Shown here piece by piece: positions 45,551 to 55,342 of a stretch of DNA of 64,000 nucleotides; the stretch's first letter is position 1; every line of letters starts with the position of its first letter. A program made the translations under genes and the position numbers. The DNA lies in IMG/VR virus record IMGVR_UViG_3300002219_000599, positions 101-64,100 of that record; one strand, 5' to 3'. The notes below the pieces were generated by a model. The model was not told where the DNA came from. It did not search any database and saw only the letters and a list, made by a program, of their open reading frames with translations. The DNA comes from a virus.

Positions 45551-46808
45551 AACCCAAGTTGCTTATTATGAACAATACATCAAGGAACACCCCGACTATA
45601 TCTTTTCCGGGATATACGCTGACGAAGGGATATCAGGAACAGGCATAAAAAAGAGAGATGCTTTCAATCAGATGATGCTGGACTGTGAAGAAGGGGAAAT
45701 CGATATGATTATAACCAAATCGGTATCGAGATTCGGCAGAAATACCGTTGACTGCTTGAAGAGCATTAGAAAACTGAAAGAATATGGAGTAAATGTTTTG
45801 TTCGAGAAGGAAGCGATAGAAACCATGAAAGCGGAGGGAGAATTGCTTCTTACAATAATGATGGCTTTGTCGCAAAATGAGAGCAAGGTTCAATCTGACA
45901 ACGTAAAATGGGGCCTTCGCAGAAGATACGAGCAGGGCAACATTAAAAGCATACCAAGCGGGAAGTTTTTAGGGTATGACAAAGACCCTGACGGGAACCT
46001 GATAATAAACGAGGAGCAAGCCAACCTCATAAAGAGAATCTACAAGGAGTTCCTGATGGGATACAGCTATTGCAATATTGCAGACCGCTTGACCAAAGAT
46101 GGAGTCCGTACCGAACGAAATAATGAAAAGTGGTGTTGGAGTGTCATTAGAAAAATACTAACGAATGAAAAATATAAAGGGGATACGCTCTGCCAGAAAA
46201 CGTACAACGCTGATTATCTGACAAAGAGACGAGCAAAGAATAAAGGTGAGCTACCACAGCCGTATTTTGAAAATACGCATCCGCCAATTATAGATAAAAA
46301 TCAGTGGGAGTGTGTACAGCTTGAACTTGCAAGGCAGAAAAAATTTGCAGAAGATCATCACACAGCACATTGTCATGGACAAAGTGAACGGTTACCGATG
46401 ACAACCAAAATGACCTGCAAGCACTGTGGATGTACATTCGTTAGAAGAGAATATTTCAAGAAGGAACTGCTTCATCAAAAGTATTGGTGTTGCGGTTCTT
46501 TTTATAAAAAGGGATGGGAGAGAAAACGGGATAACATTAATCTTTCCGACGACAGGCCAACAAGCCTTTTTATAGAAGCTTGGAATCATCTCATTGAGTA
46601 TCAGCAAGACATAGACTTGGAAGCCAATGAATCGGTATTAGAAAAATACCGTAAGGAACAATTGATACTGCTGATGCAGCAATACGGCAGGATCACAGAA
46701 TTTGATTACCCGCTTATGTTGCAGACACTTGACCATATAGAAATATCTGATGATGGGATTGCAACAGCGATATTTCAAGCCGGAATTCAAGTGAAAGTCG
46801 AAGTTTGA
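45429..46808 (+). CDS. Large serine recombinase 3
   Basis: AYCRVST, KSVSRFGRN, NEKYKGD, CKHC. Confidence 0.9.
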   Translation: MERKVTSLPRKRILKEQRHKMKVAAYCRVSTSSEEQLLSYKTQVAYYEQYIKEHPDYIFSGIYADEGISGTGIKKRDAFNQMMLDCEEGEIDMIITKSVSRFGRNTVDCLKSIRKLKEYGVNVLFEKEAIETMKAEGELLLTIMMALSQNESKVQSDNVKWGLRRRYEQGNIKSIPSGKFLGYDKDPDGNLIINEEQANLIKRIYKEFLMGYSYCNIADRLTKDGVRTERNNEKWCWSVIRKILTNEKYKGDTLCQKTYNADYLTKRRAKNKGELPQPYFENTHPPIIDKNQWECVQLELARQKKFAEDHHTAHCHGQSERLPMTTKMTCKHCGCTFVRREYFKKELLHQKYWCCGSFYKKGWERKRDNINLSDDRPTSLFIEAWNHLIEYQQDIDLEANESVLEKYRKEQLILLMQQYGRITEFDYPLMLQTLDHIEISDDGIATAIFQAGIQVKVEV

Positions 46809-46821
46809 AAGGAGCATAGCC

Positions 46822-48228
46822 ATGGCGCGAAGTATTACAGTAATTCCCCCACAGAGGCAGCAGCGAGAACTCGCAGATGAACCTAGAAGGAAAAAGTTAA
46901 GAGTTGCTGCCTACTGCAGGGTTTCAACAGACCAGGAAGAGCAGCTGTCCAGTTATGAAAATCAGATAAAATATTACAAGAAGATGATTGAAGAGCATCC
47001 TGAATATGAATTGGTAGATATTTACGCGGATGAAGGCATATCAGGAACAAATACAAAAAAGAGAGCAGAATTCAACCGGATGATAAGCGACTGCAGAAAA
47101 CGCAAGATTGACAGGGTTGTTACAAAGTCGATATCAAGATTTGCGAGAAACACCTTGGATTGTCTGAATTATGTTAGAGAGCTGCAAGCTTTGAACATAG
47201 CGATAATTTTTGAAAATGAAAATATTAATACATTGGATGGACAGGGTGAAGTCCTGATTACTATTCTCGCAAGCCTGTCGCAGAATACCTCGAAGCAAAT
47301 CAGCGACAATACCAAGTGGGGCATTCATAGAAGATATGAGCAGGGTCAATTCAAAATAAGCACAAAGCGGTTTCTTGGGTACGATCATGATGAGAACGAC
47401 AAGATGGTAATAAATAAAAGTCAGGCAAAGATTGTTAAAAGAATTTATGAAGAGTATCTGTCAGGGAAGACTACGGATTACATCACGAGGATACTTATTA
47501 ATGAAGGGGTAAAGAACTGGAATGGAAGTACAACTTGGCACACGACAACTCTTCAGAGTATTCTTGAAAACGAAAAGTATATGGGCGATGCCATTTTGCA
47601 GAAAGGCTACACAGTAGACTTCTTGACAAAGAAGAGAGTGAGGAACGAAGGACAGCTTCAAAGCTTCTATGTAGAGGAAAGCCATGAAGCGATAATTGAG
47701 CCGGATACGTGGAAATGCACTCAATTAGAAATGGAACGCAGAAATCAGTATATGAAAGAACATGAAATTCTATCCTACGGGAGAGGTGTAGAAAAGAATC
47801 CATTTTCGGCCAAGGTTATCTGCGGGGAGTGCAACAGAGCTTTTGCAAGGAAGGGATGGCAAACTCAATATGGGAAAAGACTTGTATGGCAATGTTCTGA
47901 GAGGTATAAAATCAAGGGAGTCGTTGGATGCATAAACCGTCATGTTGATGAAGAAACCTTGAACCAAGCATTTATCATGGGATGGAACAGCCTGGTGAGT
48001 GAGAAAGAGAAACACAAAATAAGATGGAAAGAGCAGCAGGAGAATGAGAACCTACTTATTAAATATAGAGCGACACAATTTCTGAAGCTAATTGATGAGG
48101 TCGGTACGGTTTCGGAAATGAACACAGACCATATGTTGGCATCGCTTGAATGCATTAAAGTGTTTGAAGATGGGCGGTTAACAATAAACTTCTTAGACGG
48201 GGCTGAAGTTATACTTCAGGGAGAATAG
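46822..48228 (+). CDS. Large serine recombinase 4
   Basis: AYCRVST, KSISRFARN, NEKYMGD, CGEC. Confidence 0.9.
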   Translation: MARSITVIPPQRQQRELADEPRRKKLRVAAYCRVSTDQEEQLSSYENQIKYYKKMIEEHPEYELVDIYADEGISGTNTKKRAEFNRMISDCRKRKIDRVVTKSISRFARNTLDCLNYVRELQALNIAIIFENENINTLDGQGEVLITILASLSQNTSKQISDNTKWGIHRRYEQGQFKISTKRFLGYDHDENDKMVINKSQAKIVKRIYEEYLSGKTTDYITRILINEGVKNWNGSTTWHTTTLQSILENEKYMGDAILQKGYTVDFLTKKRVRNEGQLQSFYVEESHEAIIEPDTWKCTQLEMERRNQYMKEHEILSYGRGVEKNPFSAKVICGECNRAFARKGWQTQYGKRLVWQCSERYKIKGVVGCINRHVDEETLNQAFIMGWNSLVSEKEKHKIRWKEQQENENLLIKYRATQFLKLIDEVGTVSEMNTDHMLASLECIKVFEDGRLTINFLDGAEVILQGE

Positions 48229-48235
48229 CATGAAT

Positions 48236-48270
48236 GGGCTGGAGAGTAAAATCTCTGGCCTTTTTTTATT
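48236..48270 (+). terminator. Intrinsic terminator after the recombinase cluster
   Basis: GGCTGGAGA-GTAAAA-TCTCTGGCC followed by a T run. Confidence 0.6.
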
Positions 48271-48436
48271 GGTGAAAAATTTATTGGAAAGAGTTATAGT
48301 AGATACATGTGTATATATAAGTGGCACAAAACAGAACTCTTGATTATGAAAAAGGATGATGTTTCGTTCATAAGTGAGCACTAGTTTTATTTGCTTATAA
48401 GTATAGAAAGAAATGTGGAAAGGAAGGTATAAAAAT

Positions 48437-49087
48437 TTGGTTATAAAAATAGGCAGAAATGATCCATGTCCTTGTGGAAGCGGGAAAAAATACAAACAGT
48501 GTTGTTTGAAAAATGCAAATTCAATAAATATATACGACAAAATCTCAGAGGTAATAAGCTCAAGCGGTTATAAAGCTGAACTTGCAGAGGTGCTAAATAA
48601 TCTATTGCATTATATGAGAGAAGAGAGCTGGATAGGCGCTTGTCATGCTACATCAGCAACACTATTTGTTGCATTATCAGAAATTGGATATTCGCCAGAA
48701 TTGTGTGTGGGTGAAGTTAGCTGTAGAGATTTTATATTTGATCATTCATGGATAAAAATTGATGACAAAATAATTGATTTAGCGGTATCTATGGCACTTC
48801 AAGACGTTGAGGTTTCAGGGCCTATAGTATTAGACAAAAATGTAATCACAATGAAAAGATATGACTGTAAATATGGAATCAAAGACGGAGAAGGTTTAGA
48901 TATTGCAGCAGAACGGATTATGAATATGCCATTTAATAATTATATGGATGCATTCCCTGGTGGGAAAAATGGTTTATGGTCGGTGGTTGAAAAGATATTA
49001 CCAGGCAAATTCTACGTCGAGAATATAAAAGAAAAATATATAGGGACAAAATGGATTTATATAAGTAGCGATGAAATAGGTTGGTGA
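48437..49087 (+). CDS. SEC-C Zn-motif protein with a putative transglutaminase-like Cys-His-Asp domain
   Basis: [24 protein letters not shown]...DHSWI...IIDLA; TTG start after AGGAAGG. Confidence 0.7.
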   Translation: MVIKIGRNDPCPCGSGKKYKQCCLKNANSINIYDKISEVISSSGYKAELAEVLNNLLHYMREESWIGACHATSATLFVALSEIGYSPELCVGEVSCRDFIFDHSWIKIDDKIIDLAVSMALQDVEVSGPIVLDKNVITMKRYDCKYGIKDGEGLDIAAERIMNMPFNNYMDAFPGGKNGLWSVVEKILPGKFYVENIKEKYIGTKWIYISSDEIGW

Positions 49088-49095
49088 TCAAGTAG

Positions 49096-50019
49096 ATGAA
49101 TTTATTTGTTTTAGGGAATGGTTTTGACAGAGAACATGGGCTTCCAACATCATATATGGATTTCAGAGATTATTTAGAGGACCAGGATTGGAGTTACTTA
49201 GCTAGTTTAGAAGCACCATATGGCTGTCTGCCTGGAAGCAGAAGAGACTATGTTGAAAAATATCTATGGCAGGAGTTTGAAAATAATCTTTATAAAATAA
49301 ATGACAGTGAAATAGTTGATGGCTGTATGTCAATTGAAATGGGGCTTGAAAGTGGTGATGTTGGAATCGAAGATACTCTAGATGTGTATTGGGAAGAGCA
49401 ATATGGATATATACAGCGGTTAAATGATTACATAAAATCGTGGGTTGAACAGATAGATATTCATGTGCAAAAGAAAACAAATAGGATTAAACGGTCTACT
49501 GATGACATATTCATTTCATTTAATTACACGTTGCTTCTAGAGAAAGTATACAAAATTGATAAGTACAGAATTTTGCATATCCACGGCTCTATCGATACGG
49601 ATGATATACCACCGGTAATTGGGCATGGTAATCTGGAGAAAATGAAAGAAGCTAAAAAGCAAGCTTATGAGGCGGGAAATAAATTTTGGGAGAAAGAAAG
49701 CAGCATTTATAACGCCCTGGCGAATTATTATGAGAGAACTTTAAAGGACGTACCTTTATATCTCACAATGCATAGTTTCTATTTTAATAGCCTCAAGCCT
49801 GTGGACCAAGTGTTTATAGTTGGACATTCATTTGGTGAAGTGGATTTGCCATATTTCAAAAAGGTTATGAATAGTATCCAGGCAAATGCAGTTTGGAATA
49901 TTTATTATTATAAGGAAGAAGAAGCTGATGTATTTAAAGCGAAAATTATTTCTATTGGAGTAAGACCGGAACAGGTAAGAGCATTGCCTTCCAAGGAATT
50001 TTTTGATAAGCAAAGATAA
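49096..50019 (+). CDS. abiH: AbiH-family abortive infection protein
   Basis: LFVLGNGFD-EHGLPTSY-DF, SFNYT, HIHG and GHSFGEVDLPYF motifs. Confidence 0.82.
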   Translation: MNLFVLGNGFDREHGLPTSYMDFRDYLEDQDWSYLASLEAPYGCLPGSRRDYVEKYLWQEFENNLYKINDSEIVDGCMSIEMGLESGDVGIEDTLDVYWEEQYGYIQRLNDYIKSWVEQIDIHVQKKTNRIKRSTDDIFISFNYTLLLEKVYKIDKYRILHIHGSIDTDDIPPVIGHGNLEKMKEAKKQAYEAGNKFWEKESSIYNALANYYERTLKDVPLYLTMHSFYFNSLKPVDQVFIVGHSFGEVDLPYFKKVMNSIQANAVWNIYYYKEEEADVFKAKIISIGVRPEQVRALPSKEFFDKQR

Positions 50020-50116
50020 GTACTTAGGGGGGTGAAATCTCTTAATAGGGGGGTAGAACCTCCGATTTAGCGGGGTATTTCAAATATCTTTTGCTATGTA
50101 GTATAAAACGGTTATT

Positions 50117-51322
50117 ATGACGCAGGAAGAGTCGCGGTCCATCTCAGAAAACACAAAGTGGGGTGTTCAAAAAAGGTTCCAGCAAGGAAAAGCACATGTC
50201 CCTACGACTTATTTCCTAGGCTACACTGAAGATGAAGACGGGAACATCATCATTGATAAAGAGCAGGCCAAAGTGGTAAAGCGAATATACCGGGAGCTGC
50301 TTGAAGGGAAAGGTACACCCACAATTGCCAAGGGACTGATGAAAGATGGAATTAGGACAGCAAGAAACAAGAAGACCTGGACATCGGACTCAGTTTACAA
50401 GATTCTGCGAAATGAAAAATATAAAGGTGATTGTCTAGCACAGAAGACCGTGACAGTGGATTTTCTGACCCATGAGCGAGTGAGAAATAAAGAGCATCAG
50501 CCACAGTACTATATTAGAAATCACCATCCAGCGATCATCAGCGAGGAAGATTGGGAAAAGGTACAAGAAGAGCTGAATAGACGTAGTAAGATGTTTAGGG
50601 ATCCAGACAATAAATACAACATGGCTTATAGCGCGGCAGCACCTTTTTCAAATAAACTCTTTTGTGGGGAGTGTGGAAGACCAGTCACCAGAAGGCGGCT
50701 CACCACTCATTGCGGAGAGGATAGAGCACCTGTGAAGTTCACAGCCTGGCACTGTAGAGTTGCTTCCAAAAGAGATCCAAATTTTAAAGATTGCAAATGC
50801 AGTTATGTTTGGGAGGAAGAACTAGAAAGTGCCTTCATGAAGCTTCTCTTCGACATGAAAAAGGAGAAGGCTAAACTGATTGAAGATGTGGAGCTGGCTA
50901 TTGAAGATGCCTCATTAACAGAAGAGGAAGTACGAAGGCTTAACGAGCTTGGTACCCAAATTGATAGGATCACTGATAAGATTACCAATATGGCTGCAAG
51001 ATCAACAGGCTCAAATGAGACCATTTATGAAGCTACCTTGCGGCACCTGATATACGAACAAGAAATACTCCAAATGGAGTACGATGGACTTAATGAGAAT
51101 AAGAAAGAAAGTGAGTACCTTGAGGAAAATCTTGAGATTCTCATTGAAACCCTGGACAAAATAGAAGGGCCTGAAGAAGACTTTGATCCGGACATCCTAA
51201 CCAAAGTCATTGAGAAGGGAATCGTCTACAATAAATGGCGAGTAGAGTTTCAACTAAAATGCGGCGTTTCATATGAAGTAAATGCTAGGCGAAGACCACA
51301 GAGGAGTAAGAAAGCTGATTAG
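50117..51322 (+). pseudogene. 5'-truncated large serine recombinase (catalytic domain missing); putative attR junction at its start
   Basis: Begins at QEESRSISENTKWG (helix E); in-frame TAG at 50099 and unrelated sequence upstream; recombinase, Zn ribbon and coiled-coil regions intact. Confidence 0.8.
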
Positions 51323-51477
51323 TAACATTTAGCATAGAAATAAGAAACCAAATATCACCAATTGAATCCAGAACTTCTTTCATTCCAGAGATAGTACTTG
51401 CATTATCTTTGGACTAGAGCCATTAATAACATACCTGCAATATTAGCAGGTCAGCTCTAGAGAAAGGAGTTTTTATT

Positions 51478-54400
51478 GTGGCAAGAAAATCAGTTGAAGT
51501 GCTGTGGTCTTCAGAGAAGGAAGAGTCAGTTAAACAAAATGGTGGAAAGATAAGAGTTGCAGCTTATTGTAGGCTTAGTAGACAGAGCGGTGATAAGCGA
51601 ATCAACTCACTGGAAAATCAATTAAAATATTACACACACTATATCAGAGATGATAATGAGTATAAGATGGTAGGCTTATACTATGACGGCGAAATATCGG
51701 GAGCAACAATCGATGAGCGACCCGGATTTAAAAGACTACTCAGGCATTGTGATGAAGGCTTGATCGATTTGGTCTTAACAAAGAGTATCTCTAGGTTTTC
51801 TAGAAATGCAAAGGATCTTCTGGAAATAGTGGACCATTTAAGTAATCTGGGTATCCCGGTAATTTTTGAAAAAGAAAACATCAATAGTTTGGAAAGGAAG
51901 AATAAATTCTTCCTAACAGCCTTGGCAGCAGTGAGCCAAGATGAAATTGTTAATATAGCTCACAATAGTACGTGGGGCAAAAATAAACGGATCCTTTCAG
52001 GTAATCCAATCTATAGAAGACAATTCGGATATGAGATTATAAAAGCAGACGATGAGTCATTTCCGTTAATTCACCGAGAAGAGGCTGAGATAATAAATGA
52101 AATCTACGAACTTTTTCTTGAAGACGTGAAAATCAATGAAATTGCTAAGTTGTTAACTGATAGAGGTGTAAAGACCGTTAGTGGCCATACAATTTGGTCG
52201 CATACGTTATTACGCAATATTTTAGATAATAGATCTTATATAGGTGAGAAGATTACAAATCAAAAGATCAGTGCACTTTCTCAAAAGGCAACTTTTCTTC
52301 AAGACTGCGAGAAGGATATGTACCTCATTGAAAATGCATATCCTAGGATAATTTCAAATGAGTGTTTTGATAAAGTACAAAAGAAGCTTATGGAGGAAAA
52401 GGAAAAAAAAGCTCCTGGTACTAAAATATCACATTCTTGTTCAAAGAGGATCCGCTGCGGTTTATGTGATGTGAACTATCATAAAAACAGAAAGAAGTAT
52501 CACATAGAGTGGGTCTGTAGTGTGAAACAAAAGCAGGCAAGATTATGTGACTCACCACGATTGACGGACAAAAAAATACTGATTTTAATGAAGGAAGTTA
52601 TTAAGGAGAGATATGATTTTAAAAATTCAAAAGTCCTTAAAGTGATGAAAGGTGAACTGGAATGGGTGAATAAAAATGATCGGTTTGAATTTCACCGTCT
52701 AAGTTTATTAAGTAAGTTACAAATTACAAAGGAAAAATTAAAACAGAGACCTGAAGATGAAGCTGTAGTTGCTGAAAAAGAAAAAGTAGAGAGAACCCTT
52801 ATTGAGTTTGAACATCTGGCTACCATGATAGAGGAAGATAGGAAATATCGCGATCTCGCTATTGAAGCTTTACGAAAAGCCAAATCATCTGAAGACTTTC
52901 TTGAAAGGGCCAGTATTGATGTGCTCAGAGCTTGGGTTATGGAGATCAAGATATTCTCGTTGGAAGTTTACCAGGTCCATTGGTATGACGACCAGTATAC
53001 GACTGTGGGCAATTTCGAAAATTTAGAACGAGAAATGGAGCTTAAAAGGGAACGATTGATAAATGAAGAGTTGGTACTAAAACCTAAGAAGAAGCGCAGA
53101 GATTTTCTATTCGTTGAGGAATATGAATTTGATGGAGCCGGGGGGAAAGACCCACCATCTCCTAAATTGAGAGGTGAGAATGTGCAGGCAGTTAGAGTTG
53201 AAGAGTATTCTTCAGAAAATATCATTGACCGTATACGAAGAGAGATTAGAGAAAGTAAGTTTGTAGGTCAACCCGCTAGAAAAAAGCTAAGAATCGCTGT
53301 ATATGCAAGGGTTAGCACTGATGATCCAGTACAAGTAGGATCATTGGAAGCTCAGATGGCATACTACACCTACGCTGTATTAAAGAATCCTGATTATCGA
53401 TTGGTTAAAGTCTATTTTGACGAAGGGGTATCCGGAACCAAAGCTGAGAATCGTGCTGGATTTCAAAAACTGGTTGCCGATTGCAAGAAAGGGAAAATCG
53501 ACCGAGTTATTACGAAGTCTATATCTAGATTTGCTAGAAATACTGTGGATTGCTTAGAGTATGTTAGAGAACTTAAAGCAATGGGTGTTTCAATCATGTT
53601 TGAAAAAGAAGAAATTGACACTGGTGAAAAAGATGGAGAAATTTTGCTAACAGTATACAGCGCTCTAGCCCAAGAGGAGTCCCGGAGCCTTGGCGAGAAC
53701 ATCACATGGAGCCGCAGAAAAATTGCAGAGAGAGGAACGGTCAGGCTAAGTAGGCTGCCTTATGGGTTTGATTATAATAAGGAAGGAAGCTGGGAGATTG
53801 ATCGTGATAAGGCTCTTGTTGTTAATAGAATTTATGATGAGTACCTATTAGGGAAAAGTATGCTGAGAATAGCAAGGGATCTAACGCAAGATAAAATTCC
53901 TAGTCCCAATAATAACAGTGCTTGGGGACAGACTACAGTTCGCAAAATTCTTAACAACCCAGCATACATTGGAGATGTACTTTATCAGAAAAACTACACT
54001 AGTGACACTATCTCTGGAAAAAGAGTAACGAATAATGGTGAGTTTCCGATGTATTATATTGAAGATAACCATGAGGCTATTATCAGTAAAGAAAAGTGGA
54101 ACATGGTTCAGAATTTAATTGAAGCCAATTTAATAACCAAGAATAGGAATAAACCCCTTAGTCGAGAGGAGTTTTACAAGTCCTTTCAATGTGGTAGTTG
54201 TGGATGCCCAGTTATTCATGTTCAAAGTTTAAGTGGGGGAGAAAAAAAGCATTATTGGCGATGTAGAGCAGCAACAATGAAGAATCATTCAGAGGAGTGT
54301 TCAGAGAAAGGAATCCGGGAGGAAAACATCGAGCATACGTTTATGGCAATGCTGCAGGAAATGAAGAATTCGGAAAAGCTATCGGAACTGGTAAATGAAG

Positions 54401-54840
54401 CTATAGAAGATGTTAGGCTGAAACCTCATGAGGAGGAAGAACTTGAACGTTTAGAAAATGAAATAGAGGTATACTACCAGAATCTGTATGAGACTGTTGA
54501 GGATGGAAAGAAACATGGAGAAGATACCGAAGCAATCAAAATGATCACAAACCATATCATGGACCTTCATGATAGGATTCGAAGATTTGAAGATCGAAAA
54601 GAAAGAGTGGTGGACATTCGTGAGGAGCTAAAATGGTTTAGGAAAGAGCTTCTGACCTTGGAACCATTCAATCCGAAGAAGGAGAGGATATCATTTAGAG
54701 GCGATATTTTCACTCGGTTAATTGAGTCAGGAACTTTCCTAGCTGGAAATGTTATCGAATATAAGCTGAGTATAGGCGTGAGCTGGACCGTAATAGACAA
54801 TCGCAAGCAGTATTGGAAGCTTTCAATGAAATCAAAATAG
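51478..54840 (+). CDS. Tandem double large serine recombinase (two LSR units in one ORF)
   Basis: Unit 1 AYCRLSR...KSISRFSRN...CGLC; unit 2 VYARVST...KSISRFARN...CGSC. Confidence 0.85.
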   Translation: MARKSVEVLWSSEKEESVKQNGGKIRVAAYCRLSRQSGDKRINSLENQLKYYTHYIRDDNEYKMVGLYYDGEISGATIDERPGFKRLLRHCDEGLIDLVLTKSISRFSRNAKDLLEIVDHLSNLGIPVIFEKENINSLERKNKFFLTALAAVSQDEIVNIAHNSTWGKNKRILSGNPIYRRQFGYEIIKADDESFPLIHREEAEIINEIYELFLEDVKINEIAKLLTDRGVKTVSGHTIWSHTLLRNILDNRSYIGEKITNQKISALSQKATFLQDCEKDMYLIENAYPRIISNECFDKVQKKLMEEKEKKAPGTKISHSCSKRIRCGLCDVNYHKNRKKYHIEWVCSVKQKQARLCDSPRLTDKKILILMKEVIKERYDFKNSKVLKVMKGELEWVNKNDRFEFHRLSLLSKLQITKEKLKQRPEDEAVVAEKEKVERTLIEFEHLATMIEEDRKYRDLAIEALRKAKSSEDFLERASIDVLRAWVMEIKIFSLEVYQVHWYDDQYTTVGNFENLEREMELKRERLINEELVLKPKKKRRDFLFVEEYEFDGAGGKDPPSPKLRGENVQAVRVEEYSSENIIDRIRREIRESKFVGQPARKKLRIAVYARVSTDDPVQVGSLEAQMAYYTYAVLKNPDYRLVKVYFDEGVSGTKAENRAGFQKLVADCKKGKIDRVITKSISRFARNTVDCLEYVRELKAMGVSIMFEKEEIDTGEKDGEILLTVYSALAQEESRSLGENITWSRRKIAERGTVRLSRLPYGFDYNKEGSWEIDRDKALVVNRIYDEYLLGKSMLRIARDLTQDKIPSPNNNSAWGQTTVRKILNNPAYIGDVLYQKNYTSDTISGKRVTNNGEFPMYYIEDNHEAIISKEKWNMVQNLIEANLITKNRNKPLSREEFYKSFQCGSCGCPVIHVQSLSGGEKKHYWRCRAATMKNHSEECSEKGIREENIEHTFMAMLQEMKNSEKLSELVNEAIEDVRLKPHEEEELERLENEIEVYYQNLYETVEDGKKHGEDTEAIKMITNHIMDLHDRIRRFEDRKERVVDIREELKWFRKELLTLEPFNPKKERISFRGDIFTRLIESGTFLAGNVIEYKLSIGVSWTVIDNRKQYWKLSMKSK

Positions 54841-55078
54841 TTTAAAATAGAAACCCACTGAGTAGCCTGATTGTAGTGATCAAGGAACTTGGTGGGTTTC
54901 TTTTTATTGCTTTTTATTATATGAGACTATAGCTAGATGCGAATCAGATTGTTGTGACAATGTATCGATAGTCATAATAATATTATCGAAACGCAAAACA
55001 AAGATTTGTGAATTGATATTTATATTGCGAATAAGGTAAGAAAATGGTATCCTTAAAAGGATAAATGGAGGTGATGTT

Positions 55079-55300
55079 GTGCCAGTCAGTTATAAAAAAT
55101 TATGGAAAATTCTTATTGATAAGAATATGAATCGCGTCGAACTTATGAAGGCTGCAGGTATTGGTACAACAACACTTTCTAAGTTGGGTAAGGACAAGTT
55201 TGTAAGCATGGAAGTTTTAGTAAAAATATGCGATGTCTTAGATTGTAACATCGGGGACATTGTAGATTATGTAAGAGAGCCACATACAGATGATAATTAG
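55079..55300 (+). CDS. Xre/Cro-like HTH regulator upstream of the R-M genes
   Basis: VSYKKLWKILIDKNM...KICDVLDCNIGDI; RBS GGAGGTG. Confidence 0.85.
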   Translation: MPVSYKKLWKILIDKNMNRVELMKAAGIGTTTLSKLGKDKFVSMEVLVKICDVLDCNIGDIVDYVREPHTDDN

Positions 55301-55342
55301 CATTTTTTGTTTAGTAAGTAAAGTTCAAAAGGAGGGGGCAAA

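Larger units (their letters stand above)
1..50120 (+). mobile_element. Temperate siphovirus prophage (left end outside window; right end inferred near 50120)
   Basis: Co-oriented replication, packaging, head, tail, lysis and serine recombinase modules in canonical order; abrupt junction into a truncated LSR gene at about 50120. Confidence 0.9.

Noticed and set aside
38027..48228. Recombinase-driven tail-fibre shufflon
   Set aside because: No inverted or alternative tail-gene cassettes or repeated crossover sites seen near the tail genes; all genes are on one strand
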